Counted from the stretch's first letter, positions 17,241 through 28,189 are shown. The stretch: 32,000 bases of DNA from Paramicrosporidium saccamoebae KSL3 (GCA_002794465.1 MTSL01000112.1:1-32000); one strand, 5' to 3'. Notes: generated from the letters alone by a model not told the origin. A program made the numbers and translations.

Positions 17241-18437
17241 ATGGTCTGTTTACCAGATGTGCAGACAGAATTCGATTTTAACAAGAGATATCCATCATGG
17301 CTGAAGCTCGTTCAGCTCCAGGTCATTCATCGTCACGGTCCTCGCACACCTCTGAGCTACCATCTTTCACACTTGTACCCATTTTCATGGAAGCTGTGTT
17401 CTACCGAGGGTCCAAGTTACCGAGGAGTAAAAGTTGTAATCAGCGGCGATGAGAAGCAGCTTAATGACACCATTATACCAACAGACGGAATTCCGGGAAA
17501 TTGCCTTCTTGGACAGCTCACAGACCATGGAAAAGCAGTCATGACGAAACTTGGGTCCTTTCTAAAGTCCACTTATTTTGACGGCCTTGGCTTTCAAGTT
17601 GCAGCGCATGAAATTCATCTGAGATCAACCAACCTCCCGCGGACAATCCAGTCATTGAGCTCGCTGTTAATTGGACTCTTCCCTCGCAACGAATCAAGCA
17701 TTTCGGCAGATAAACTGCCGGTGCTTATCCGTGACGAATATCTCGAAGACATGTATGGATCCATAGAGTGCCAAAAATATCATTCTATTCTAGCCCAGCA
17801 CGCTGAACGATTTGCCAGGGAGAACGCAGCAAGTATATCTAATCTCCACAAGTCTATTCCCAGTATATTTCACGCCCCGAATCTCTACGGCCAAAAGCCA
17901 TCAATGTATGAGATCTTTGATATTTTGTTTTCTCGGCGAGAACACAATTTGCCGTTGCCAAAGGAAGTCGATAACAAAATAATGGACCAGCTAGAACAAT
18001 TGACAACTAACGAGTTTTTCACACTATTCAACGAGTCAAAGGAAGCAACCAGATTGGCTGTCGGTCGATTTTTAAGAGAAATAGATGCAAATCTCTACAG
18101 AAAAGACCGAAAGCTATGCATTTATTCAGCGCATGATAGTACGATCGCCCCTCTCCTTGGGGCATTTTCAGTGGCCATGGGACCAAAGTCGCCACCCTTT
18201 GCAGCCTATTGCACTCTAGAACTCTTTGAGACTGTGGATACAGGTACGAGAGACGATAGCGAATCGTATGTCCGAATCCTATACCAAAACAGGCCAATTA
18301 TCCTGCCCCATTGTGCCAAGCCAGGAAACCATCATCCCCGTGATCCCTCTCTCTGCAAGCTTCAGTCGTTTTCCGAGTCAGTCAGGCGATTTATTCCTCA
18401 AAACTACCTCGAAGAGTGTAAAGCACCTTTGTCATAA
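17241..18437 (+). CDS. Histidine acid phosphatase, branch 2 (ACP6/lysophosphatidic acid phosphatase-like)
   Basis: Catalytic HRHGPRTP, GQLT, LRSTNLPRTIQS and YSAHDST motifs. The first ATG in the ORF is at 17241; the true start is uncertain. Confidence 0.9.
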   Translation: MVCLPDVQTEFDFNKRYPSWLKLVQLQVIHRHGPRTPLSYHLSHLYPFSWKLCSTEGPSYRGVKVVISGDEKQLNDTIIPTDGIPGNCLLGQLTDHGKAVMTKLGSFLKSTYFDGLGFQVAAHEIHLRSTNLPRTIQSLSSLLIGLFPRNESSISADKLPVLIRDEYLEDMYGSIECQKYHSILAQHAERFARENAASISNLHKSIPSIFHAPNLYGQKPSMYEIFDILFSRREHNLPLPKEVDNKIMDQLEQLTTNEFFTLFNESKEATRLAVGRFLREIDANLYRKDRKLCIYSAHDSTIAPLLGAFSVAMGPKSPPFAAYCTLELFETVDTGTRDDSESYVRILYQNRPIILPHCAKPGNHHPRDPSLCKLQSFSESVRRFIPQNYLEECKAPLS

Positions 18438-18882
18438 TTACAGCTCAACATTTACGTCATCTACATTCGCTACGGTCGTTTCGTCCTCTCCTAGCTCTGT
18501 TTGATCCACACTACCAGCTGCTGCTTCCAGTTCCCACACAGGCGCAGCATGAATGCCGGCAGTAGTAATCCTCGTTGGTCTCGCCAGGTTGCAGCGAATA
18601 GTTTCGCCAAATATTCGGTTCATGTGCATATTATCAATGGCAGCCTTGGCGTCGTCGGCATTCTCGAATTCTACAAAACCAAAGCCGCGATGGCCTCCCT
18701 CTGCCGTTCGGTCTCGAGGGATGAACACTTCTTTGATATCTCCAAAGGTCAAAAAGGCAGTTTGGAGTTTTTCTTCGTCAAACCCTTCACTGAATCCCCC
18801 TACAGAATTAAATACACCATATACGTTTTCTACCAACATAAACAGTGGTCTTGTTGCCCGGGCGAGGATAAATTACTGACAT
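18438..18882 (-). CDS. PPIE/Cyp33-type RRM protein without a cyclophilin domain, intron 18800-18833 (34 nt)
   Basis: Spliced MSVIYPRPGNKTTVYVG|GFSEG..AFLTFGDIKEV..HRGFGFVEFENADDAKAAIDNMHMNRIFGETIRCNLARP matches the Cyp33 RRM signature (AAIDNM..E.FG..I..N.A.P). It ends after an APVW motif. Confidence 0.88.
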
Positions 18883-19018
18883 CCTGGGCTAGTCAGCACT
18901 TGCAACAGGCACAAAGATAGTACCCATGTGATTCTCTTGGCAACGTATGCGCTATTCTCCAATAGCGAAAGCAATAAATTTATTGGATTCCATAGGTGCC
19001 GGCTTGCTGGATGAACAT

Positions 19019-19206
19019 TTATTCCTCTCGACGACGTTCCCGTTCTGCCTTCCTGGCTCGGTCAATCCAGGCATTTATATAAGTCTTCACGTCCGGGACC
19101 TACAAAAATCAGGCCTCCCTCGGCGGAAAACCTCATAATTCTGTGCAATATAAATTCCGCCAACAATTCCGCTCGTAGCGCCGAATAGTAAATGTCGAAA
19201 GGCCAT
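19019..19206 (-). CDS. STMP1: STMP1-like short transmembrane mitochondrial microprotein, 51 aa, intron 19100-19131 (32 nt)
   Basis: Spliced MAFRHLLFGATSGIVGGIYIAQNYE|VPDVKTYINAWIDRARKAERERRREE contains the G-x-Y-x-AQNY-x-VP signature of STMP1/C7orf73-type proteins. Not in the ORF track. Confidence 0.85.
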
Positions 19207-19282
19207 CGATTCTATCCAATGATTCCAAGACGCAACAGGACAAGTAGTATTCAAAATATAAGATACAGCATCTCCCTTTATA

Positions 19283-19354
19283 TCCGCATTGGTCTAGTGG
19301 CTAGGATTCCGCGCTTTCACCGCGGCGGCCGGGGTTCGATTCCCCGATGCGGAA
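19283..19354 (+). tRNA. tRNA-Glu (anticodon TTC)
   Basis: Acceptor stem TCCGCAT/ATGCGGA, D arm GGTCTAGTGGCTAGGA, anticodon arm CCGCG-CTTTCAC-CGCGG and T arm CCGGG-GTTCGATT-CCCCG. 72 nt, no intron. Confidence 0.97.
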
Positions 19355-19355
19355 C

Positions 19356-19360
19356 TTTTT
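19356..19360 (+). terminator. RNA polymerase III terminator (T5) of tRNA-Glu
   Basis: TTTTT two bases after the discriminator. Confidence 0.75.
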
Positions 19361-20015
19361 GGCTACCGAAGAGCTCGACGTGATTACAGTCGCGCCATGT
19401 ATGTACTTTATTATCGATTAGTCAATAGCGTCTTTCAATCGTATCTCAGCGTGACCATATCTTTGAGTATCTACCAGAGATCATCGCGAATAAGGGCCAT
19501 ACCTTTACTGGTTACACTTTTTGTTGCAATATTGGGATCTTGGGACCTGTCGCCTAGATTAATACGTATATACAAGAGGTTTTAGATTAGTTTGAGGTGT
19601 ATTCGAATACTTCCAGATCTACTTACCATCATGTATCTCAAATAAGTAAACAAGGAGTGTTTTAGCAGTCGCCCATGTTCCAATATCTTCTCTCGGCCCA
19701 CTGTGATCCCACGTATATTCGGGCATTAGTCCACGATTCTGTTGGGGGATATTTGCGCACGTGTTAAAGACTATAATCGATAAGATGCTTACACTCCAGA
19801 CACGATTTTTCCATTAAAGCTATACCAGCCGATCCACATGACTTTTCAATCTTTGGCAAAATTCAACGGCTTCACAGAGCGCCTGTGTTGTAGTTATATG
19901 AAACGTTTATATCATGGATAGAATACTATGGTTCCTTCTTGTTGTTGGTATCGTCCTCGCGTTTTGGGAATTTGTTGCCAAAGAGATGCCGCTACAATTT
20001 TAGGATGGTATGATT

Positions 20016-20246
20016 TTAAATAACCCCAGCCTGGACACAGTCTTCTTCCCTATACTGGAAAGGGCGGCGCCGGTCGAACACCACTTGATTGTCAAAGAGC
20101 GATTTAAAGACGAGATAGGATGAGGCGAGTCCAACGGCAATGCCCACGAAAGCAATAATTGGAATGAGCTATAAAGCAATGAAGCGGGACCGGTAGAAGA
20201 ATACTTCTTTATGTTTTCCGATGAATTGTGCTGGAGTCTGCGTCAT
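20016..20246 (-). CDS. NDUFA4: NDUFA4/COXFA4 (B12D family) mitochondrial membrane microprotein, 64 aa, intron 20169-20204 (36 nt)
   Basis: Spliced MTQTPAQFIGKHKE|LIPIIAFVGIAVGLASSYLVFKSLFDNQVVFDRRRPFQYREEDCVQAGVI matches KH-x-xLIPl...G.....Y......dV.wDr of NDUFA4/B12D. The retained intron would end in TAG. Not in the ORF track. Confidence 0.8.
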
Positions 20247-20328
20247 TCCTTGCAACTCCGACAAGGGTCCAAGGCCCGGCCATTAGCTGTCAGCGTTCAA
20301 GACAGATGTAGGCTGGTTCAATCCATGT

Positions 20329-21078
20329 TCATATTCCTGATCTAAACCCAGCCAACGTTAACTGACACTCGAGCGTCTCTGAAGGAGCAAGTGGACACCT
20401 TACAATGGTCACAATCCTCGTGCTCGTATTCTCGGAAACTCTTTCAATCCGCAATCGGCTGGTGACACAGTTAGACCAGGAAAGTCCAAGCGCAGGCTTG
20501 AATAATAAAGAGTTCGTTCCTTCGCTTAGATCTGCCGTAACTTGATTAATGCAAATCACAGGAATCGAGTGCTCCGCGGCCGTACGATACAATGCTTTCG
20601 CAATTGAGTAAAGTGACGCGGTAACTTCGTTTGTGCGTTGACACGGCCTAAAATTGGAGGAAATAGAATCGATTATCACCAAGTTCACATTTTGGTTCTG
20701 CACGAGCGGGTGCAAAAAATAGCATAAAAAATGCTCCTGAGTTTCCAGGTCCCCCAAATGTTGCACAATTATTCTTTCAGCAGCATCTTCAAACCCGAGG
20801 CCATAGAGTTGCTCAAACCTTTTTACACTGAATGTATCGTCCGTGCAAACGTAAATCGCTCTAAAAGTCTCATCGCGGCGTAGACAGGATGCTACGACTT
20901 GAAGGGCAAAGGTGCTCTTTCCAGAACCGCTCGGACCAAATAACTCAATAATTCCGGGCGTAGAAACAATTGGTTGCATCATATTTTGCAAATTTTTGTC
21001 GTCATTTGTAAATCGGTTTGGACCAACACAAACATTTTGCACCAAATCCATGCCACTCTGCCATTCATCATGTGTCAT
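20329..21078 (-). CDS. Rad51 paralog, XRCC3/Rad57-like
   Basis: Walker A GIIELFGPSGSGKST, AIYVCTD..FSVKRF, Walker B LVIIDSI, VICINQV, PALGLSWSNCVTSR (the PALGL.W motif is typical of XRCC3/Rad57). Confidence 0.88.
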   Translation of the reverse strand: MTHDEWQSGMDLVQNVCVGPNRFTNDDKNLQNMMQPIVSTPGIIELFGPSGSGKSTFALQVVASCLRRDETFRAIYVCTDDTFSVKRFEQLYGLGFEDAAERIIVQHLGDLETQEHFLCYFLHPLVQNQNVNLVIIDSISSNFRPCQRTNEVTASLYSIAKALYRTAAEHSIPVICINQVTADLSEGTNSLLFKPALGLSWSNCVTSRLRIERVSENTSTRIVTIVRCPLAPSETLECQLTLAGFRSGI

Positions 21079-21110
21079 TTACGTATAAGCCTGGGTGCTC
21101 TCATTTATTT

Positions 21111-22238
21111 TTACTTACCTTGCATGTTGTCAAACATAATATTAAAGGTTCCATTGACTGCCTCGTCGGCTTTTTGCGTCAAATTTTCCAAGTTGTACTT
21201 TCGAGCAAGATCTGCATGAATTTTTTTGTATTCGGGGTCATTAAAGATGTGCTGTTTTTCATTTGCAGCTTTTCTATAAAAATCCCAGGCATGCTTTCTA
21301 AGTGTGTCGTCTCCCATTGTCGCCATTCTGGCAAGACGTGATGCCTGTAGTTTTGACGCCGACACCTCCACGTTTTCCGCGGCGGTCTTGAGACTTCGAA
21401 GGATCGCGGAATCTCCAACTGGCAAATCGATAATAAAAACAGCCAAAAGTGTGATCAGGAGAACAACGTGTCGTACAAGTGCGATTTGTTCCGGGCGTGT
21501 CAAATAATTTTCACTCGGGGAAGAGGAGTAGAGTTCAATATTGAAACTATCCGAGAATAACCATTCATAGGACTCGTAAGTTAGAGTAAGAATACAAATC
21601 AGCAGAACAATATTGCGCCAGCGGTATTTGCGAGCGGATACAGTAGCAAACCCAGCAACAGCCAAAGACAAAAGATAGTCCTTGAAAACACTTGGTGCAA
21701 TTAGGCCGGCACGTGAAAGAGTAGTGCCATCAAATACCTCATTGTCCATTGCGTCCGGACCAAAGAGCACATACTTTTGGCGGTTTTCGTTAACCCGCAA
21801 GTCCATGGACAGCAATTCAAGCTTGATATACTCTTCTTCCAGCGAAACAAATGGTGTATACACTTTCTGGAGCACTTCCCGATCTGAAGAGTCCCTTACC
21901 ATAGAGCGCCTCAAAGATAGCATTTCACGAAAAACTGCATCTTCCACTTCTCGAGCATTGACATAATCGCGAAACCTGTTTCGAATCAAGTATGCCGGAG
22001 AGTTAATGTTCGTTTTCGTTAAGGCAAAGTACAACTGCTCTGGGTTTCCGATACTGCAAAAGAGGTTCACCAAAAGACCTGCTAAAACTGCCAGAGAGAT
22101 TTTCTCGAGCCACGACTTTTTGCCGAAGAATACGACATGGCTTTTCCAATTCAGTATAGACTTTATAATACCCACGGTTTTTGAGAGGATATGGGGGAGA
22201 AACAAGAAGAAGGCGAGCTTTCCGAGGTTGGCCCACAT
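21111..22238 (-). CDS. Uncharacterised multi-pass membrane protein, 375 aa
   Basis: Long ORF with about five hydrophobic segments and an amphipathic C-terminal region. No function recognised. Confidence 0.8.
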   Translation of the reverse strand: MWANLGKLAFFLFLPHILSKTVGIIKSILNWKSHVVFFGKKSWLEKISLAVLAGLLVNLFCSIGNPEQLYFALTKTNINSPAYLIRNRFRDYVNAREVEDAVFREMLSLRRSMVRDSSDREVLQKVYTPFVSLEEEYIKLELLSMDLRVNENRQKYVLFGPDAMDNEVFDGTTLSRAGLIAPSVFKDYLLSLAVAGFATVSARKYRWRNIVLLICILTLTYESYEWLFSDSFNIELYSSSPSENYLTRPEQIALVRHVVLLITLLAVFIIDLPVGDSAILRSLKTAAENVEVSASKLQASRLARMATMGDDTLRKHAWDFYRKAANEKQHIFNDPEYKKIHADLARKYNLENLTQKADEAVNGTFNIMFDNMQGK

Positions 22239-22289
22239 GTAAATTTAAGTATGCCCTGAAAACATTAACTATTATATAGGGTAAGAAGC

Positions 22290-23311
22290 ATGGATTCGCA
22301 AACGAAGCCTTCTTACCTGAAAGGCACAAAGGTCCTTTGTTATCATGGCCCGCTCCTTTACGAAGCCAAGGTTTAAAAGACGGCGTAGACCTAATTATAG
22401 ATAATAGATATTGAAGCGTGGAGGGAGCTGGGGGACCGTGGGGGGTGCTCATTCTACTTTGTGCATTATAAAGGCTGGAAGACAAAGTATTATTAATTTG
22501 ACAGTATCTGACAACTAGATGGGATGAATGGGTCCCCGAGGATAGACTTGTAAGACTTGATCCCGAAGGAATTGCTTTCGCCAAAGAGCTAAGGAGCGAG
22601 CATGCCAAGTCCGACATGAATCCTCGGAAGCGAAGACAGAGTGTCGATAACCTGGCAAGTGAATTGTCAGGTGTAGACGAATCAGAGATTATTGAGCCTA
22701 ATTTGATTTTGCACAAGAGCCCCAAATTAGTGCACGGCGTCAAGTCCATACACATTAATTTGGGGAACTGGGCCAGGCGGATTCTCTATAATGACTGGGA
22801 CATTATATCCAAGAAACAGTGCCTCCATTGCATCCCAGCCCAGATTACAGCAAAAATGGCCATCGACAAATTTCTCAGGACTCATCCTTCAGATTTGTAT
22901 TTTTCAACCGCACAAAGACTAATTACTAGACAAGTTATTCAATTTTGTGACGGACTTGTGCACTATTTTAATATTATGATCGGGAGGACTCTTTTATACC
23001 GGTTTGAACGACCACAATTTCTCGATGTGCTCCAAGATTCACTCAAATCGCCTGCTGACGTGTACGGACCTGAATACCTCGTCCGTTTATTACGTAATTT
23101 TTTTGCAGTGGTAACCTAGTGTTTAGTGAAGCTGCCCGTATTATTGACCGACTCCGGGCTGTACAATGTTGGTACGTCTTCTTGTGTGCGCCAGTTTGGC
23201 GCAGTCACTAGACAATTTTTGAATTTTTTAGAGTCTAACTATTCTTCATTATTTGTGTCTATCCCGGAGTCTGCAGCTCCAAGTTATGTGACACGTGTAA
23301 AATCTGCATAA
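22290..23311 (+). CDS. EAF3: Eaf3/MRG15 chromo-barrel plus MRG domain protein, introns 22371-22400, 22487-22518 and 23094-23126
   Basis: Spliced KVLCYHGPLLYEAK|I..YFVHYKGWKT|KWDEWVPEDRL (chromo barrel) and MRG domain (LYNDW..I....L..IPA...GLVHYFN..IG..LLYRFERPQF...VYGPEYLVRLL|LKLP). Confidence 0.96.
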
Positions 23312-23322
23312 TAAATTTCAAT

Positions 23323-26300
23323 TTATGTAGAAATTGATCCTTGATCATTCCCAGATGATAGAATAATTGTTCTACTATCAATTTTTCCTGGAAAAACTTG
23401 GCAGATGTGAGGAACTGAAATGACTTTGGTTTCAACATAAATATCTGGTATGCTAGATGCACTCCAATTTAGTTGAACTGTGGGGAGCCCGAGAGTGCCA
23501 GGTCTAATTGGAACCAAATCAAATGTCTGTTTGATTGATGGACACTCACGAGATAACTGAACGTTTCCGATTACTTTTCCTGAAAGCAACCAGCAGTCGG
23601 GACTATAATCAAGCTCATATTTGACATCCACGGCCCAAGACTCTAATATGGATGTCTCGGATCTAAGCAAGGAGATTTCTACAGAAGCAGGGAGATGTGT
23701 TCCAACCTTGAGACTAGATATACACGCTGATAAAGTAGCAGTGATGATCCCCGTAGGGCTTGATTTAGCAAGCAGCGGGGCGTAAAATGTTAAAGCGGGA
23801 AACAAGTCGGTCTTTAAAGCAAGATGCTGCACAGTCTCTGTAATTGTTCTTGGGACAATACGGTAGAACTCTTGAGTCGGGTTAATGAGCTAATAATGAG
23901 TTCATGCGGCGATAAGCTACCGTGATGTCATGTCTGCAAAAGTAACCCTTCAAGCCATCTGAAAATTCAAACCATGACTCTGACAGTTTCAAAGGGGCCT
24001 GTCCGTCCGACAGTGAAACGGCAAACTGTTCAAGAGTCTGATCACCAGTGAGATAACAACTTTTGGTGTGATACTTCCACGGTGATAGGATCTCTATGCC
24101 GACGAGCTGTGAAATGTGGTGATCTTGCTGGTCACTCGTTTTTAGTTGAACCTGAGCATTAAATTCAATTCGACCCCTCGCATTGTCAGGTAGATACAGA
24201 GCAGTCTTGCGGCAACTTTGAGGCGGGATTTTTGGCAATGCAATCAGCTGATTATTAACTTTTGTAACCTGAGCTTCCACAGCATCACCAGACCATGCCA
24301 CCTCGGTAGGGAGCCTGAGCTCTGAATCTGTAGGCACGAGGCTCAAAGTCCCCGAGGTAACTTTGTGATCGAATGTGTTCAGCACTAGTTGGATCTGAGG
24401 GCGGCCAATTATAACTATTGAGTTAGACGTAACTGTAAATTTCACCTTTAGAAGGAATCTCCAGTGAAATGGAAAGGACTGACGGCTCATTTCGAATCTC
24501 AATACTTTGCTTTTTGGGGAGAGTTAGAAAGTCTTTAACAAATCGAACGGATCCAATTCCTATAGTCATCCCTACGGGCGTAAATGTGCCGGGAGACAGC
24601 AATGATGACTACCAATGTCAGAAAATTTTTAAAGAATCATACCGAGCACTTCAAGCCGATCGAAGACAGACCGGGCGAGAGAATTACCGATTCGGCTCTG
24701 AATACAATATCGCATCTATCCTTGGCAAGGACTAACTCGACAAAATCAAGCTCCAAGGGATATTGATAGGGCCAATCGACAAATGCAAGCAGTTTGTCAG
24801 TGCGCAGGCTGTCGTCTTGCTGAGACTTGAATGGATGAAATCTGAAAAATGGATCCATAGGAACCTGCAATGTATTCTGGGATTCCCGAATCAAAACGGA
24901 GAGTTCTGGCAATATGCGGTCCACATTTTCTGCCATAATGATCCCGACACTCCATGCCTCGAGAATATCTTCAATAGCGTCACCCTGCTTTCCCAAACAT
25001 TTCCTACATGCTGCACGCAGTTCAAATAGGCGACACAAGAGATACGGCCAGTTCTCGGACCTTTGGGGCCCGATCAATGTCGTGAGTTTTGTTTCGGCTT
25101 CCATGTATTCTCCACACAAACATTCAATGACCGCCAGTTCACAGTTCGACATGCTGATGCGGCGATTTAGTCTTTTGGGAATCAAACCTGCAATGGTCTC
25201 TTTTGTCAAAAAAACATAACATGAGAGAAAAATATCAACAGCATCTGTTATTTCATTCCATTTCGACATCTTTGTGACTACAAAGTCATGGAGCTTAGTG
25301 GAGCCTGCAGCCTGAAGAATATTAGGCTGAAGTGCCACCGATCTTCCATCAATAAACGCCGCGAAAAATCTGCTTAGAGTCCAATCTAATTGGCGCCTAG
25401 CCAGTGCACAAAGCTCTCCTCGGGCAAAAAGATACGCGGTTTGGTCTTTGCTAGGTTTTGTTTCCTTTGCCGAGATTTCTTCTGCAACACTTAGGATCAA
25501 TAATGAAATGTCAAATGTCCATGCGGCAGACTGTTCCCTATGATCACTATCACAGGTCATGTTTGCCAGCTCTATAATAAATAGGGTAGCTCTCTTGAGC
25601 ATTTCGACTGGTTTTTTTAATTCTCGCCATAACCTCAATCGACATCCAAAAAGATACATCGAAAAGTCATATACGTTTGAGCTGGACTGCATAATGGCTT
25701 CCCGAATGCTTGATGTAGGCGGCTCAAAGAGGATAGATGGAAGATTATCTACAGAGAGTTTTCCGGGTTTAAGCGCCCATTGCATAGACTGATCGTTCGA
25801 AAGCGGCCGATTGTCCATTAAGATTTCCTGGAACATTTTAAAAAGATCGTCATATACCACTAAGGATCTTTCATAAAATCCGATAGACGAATAGGAGAGA
25901 GCTAGCACTTCACTAGTGATGAAAAAAGTGCAAAAATTCCATCCGGGCAGATCCTTTTGGCCAGCCAGCCTCCTGACGTCATCCTCCATCCCTGCCATGT
26001 GAGCCCAAAAGGATGCATAGACAGCATCCGACAGAGCATCTAGGGTTGAAGACCATCCAGCATCATGCATATCCTTGAGTCTGAGCTGTACGATTCTATT
26101 GCATTTATTTCCTCCAAAATCAGTAGACAGACGTTCCAAGACAAGATCAGCGCGAGAAATGGGTTTTGAGCGACTATTTACAATATCATGTGTGGCATTT
26201 GAGCTTGTAACTTGGATTAATACCGTGTGTTGATTGCGACGAGCATGAACAACCTCAAGCCATTTGGCCACATGAGAAAGTACAACTTTTTTGTACGTCT

Positions 26301-26595
26301 CTAGCTCCTCACATGCAACCAGACACACATGCACATGCTGCTGGAGGTGTAATTTTAAAATGTCACGTCTGGTGAATGAGTCTTCAGAGAATGGACTAAA
26401 TTCAATGCCTTGCAAAGGGAAGGAAGCAGCCCCGTGGGTACTTGCCGGCGAAGAACTGGCACCTGGCTCAGCCCTCTTAAGTTTCAATCGCTTCAATAAT
26501 TCCTCATAAAAGTATGGCCATAGGTGATTTGGATCCTCGTCTAAATGCTGTCAAGTGATCGGTGGAGACCAAATACATGATGCTTGGATGGGCAT
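23323..26595 (-). CDS. TRAPPC10: TRAPP II subunit TRAPPC10/Trs130, introns 26541-26576, 24609-24642, 24415-24445 and 23890-23920
   Basis: Four GT-AG introns join the track ORFs into one frame starting MPIQASYEDPNHLW. Motifs include LVACEELETYKK, R.L.GWNFCTFFITSEVLALSY, F.MYLFGC, WLLSGK and LVPIRPGTLGLPTV. Confidence 0.9.
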
Positions 26596-26642
26596 TTAAA
26601 TAGAAAAGATTTGTTCGTAATGGGGGTGTAAACAGGTCAATT

Positions 26643-27805
26643 ATGAGAAGGATGATCGTGAAACGCCTAGTACGTGATACAATTTACGATTCATATTAGT
26701 ATTCCGGAACTAGTGAAGCAGCCAGCAGGCTGATGTTAAGTACTAAGGAACAGGTATTTGACAGACCAGAATTTGCTGGATTGTCAAAGAAAGGTACACA
26801 CTTTTGGGACTTATTAATCGTCTGCCAGAGACTGTCAAGATGAATACTTTTCAGGCAATAAATGATTCTATGCGGCTGGCCATGGAGAGAGATCCCAATG
26901 CCCTGATTTTTGGTGAAGATGTTGGGTTCGGAGGTGTCTTTCGCTGCACGCTGGACCTCCGAAAGAAATTTGGCGATATGCGCGTCTTTAACACTCCGCT
27001 CACAGAGCAAGGCATTGCAGGCTTTGCCGCAGGTGCCGCAGTTATGGGAACAACAGTGATCGCTGAAATTCAATTTGCAGATTATATATTCCCGGCATTT
27101 GACCAAATTGTTAACGAGATTGCAAAATACAGATATCGGAGTGGAGGAATGTTTGATGTTGGTTCTCTGGTGATCCGCGCTCCTTGTGGCGCTGTCGGCC
27201 ACGGAGGACTCTATCATTCCCAAAGCCCCGAGGCATACTTTGCCCACACACCAGGCCTCAAGGTTATTGTCCCACGCGGCCCAATCCAGGCCAAAGGGCT
27301 GTTGACTTCGGCAATCAAAGACAAGAATCCAGTTTTATTTTTTGAACCGAAAATTCTGTATCGATCTGCCGTGGAACAGGTGCCAGTGGAGGATTATTCA
27401 CTTCCGTTGGGGAAAGCAGAGGTCTTGATTGAAGGTAAAGACTGTACCTTGGTAGGCTGGGGGTCTCAGCTATACGTATTGGACGCAGTTGCACAAGAAG
27501 CTGAAAAAAGTGGAATTTCCTGTGAGCTAATTGACTTAAGATCGATTGCGCCATGGGATTGTGAAACTGTAACTAACTCTGTGCGCAAGACTGGCCGTCT
27601 TGTGATTGCCCACGAGGCACCCAAGACTGGCGGATTTGCTGCTGAAATTGCCTCTACAATTCAAGAGACCTGTTCGATGGATCTAAAGGCGCCCGTCTTA
27701 AGAGTTTGTGGATGGGACACTCCGTTCCCTCTAATCTTTGAAAAATTTTACTTGCCAGACCTTACAAGATGTCTCCAGGCTGTAAGGCAGGCAGTATCGT
27801 TTTAG
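26643..27805 (+). CDS. BCKDHB: Branched-chain alpha-keto acid dehydrogenase E1 beta subunit, mitochondrial, introns 26670-26699 and 26794-26828
   Basis: The spliced N-terminus MRRMIVKRL|YSGT.. looks like a presequence. [29 protein letters not shown] and [14 protein letters not shown] distinguish BCKDH from PDH beta. Confidence 0.95.
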
Positions 27806-27820
27806 CCAATATACTATTAT

Positions 27821-28105
27821 TTATTGCTCAGTGCTGCCCGTGGCTGCCAGCTCGGCTGCCTCGCGTTCATAAAATAGCGGGTCCTTCCTCATGCTGTGGT
27901 GATAGTACTGATTAGCCCAGACAAGTAGATAATATCCACCAGCGGCAATACTTGCAAAGTAAGCGACGCCTGTCCAATGCAGTTTTGCCAAGTTTTTGAT
28001 TTCTCTTCCGAATCCAGCAAAGGCACGCTGACGGAAGGGAGACACGCTAAAGATGTAAATCCCCTTGGCGCGCGTCATCCACCAGGCATTGTTTCTCGTC
28101 ACCAT
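27821..28105 (-). CDS. QCR8: Cytochrome bc1 complex subunit 8 (Qcr8/UQCRQ)
   Basis: From ATG 28105: WW...KGIYIFSVSPFRQRAFAG..., one TM helix, then WAN...RK, matching the Qcr8 signature (G...Y.lSPf.Qr...G). Confidence 0.9.
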   Translation of the reverse strand: MVTRNNAWWMTRAKGIYIFSVSPFRQRAFAGFGREIKNLAKLHWTGVAYFASIAAGGYYLLVWANQYYHHSMRKDPLFYEREAAELAATGSTEQ

Positions 28106-28189
28106 TCCCTCGCTTCTCTTCAAAGTCCGAAGACTACCGGGGCGTTGGAGTTGCAGGCGTCGAGGCGCTGAAGAGTTGCACCTGTCAAC

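Noticed and set aside
1022-22755. Long antisense ORFs (1022-1627, 13166-13663, 16458-16958, 18501-18920, 22003-22755)
   Set aside because: They lie opposite well-supported genes and carry no recognisable motifs, so they are codon-bias shadows.
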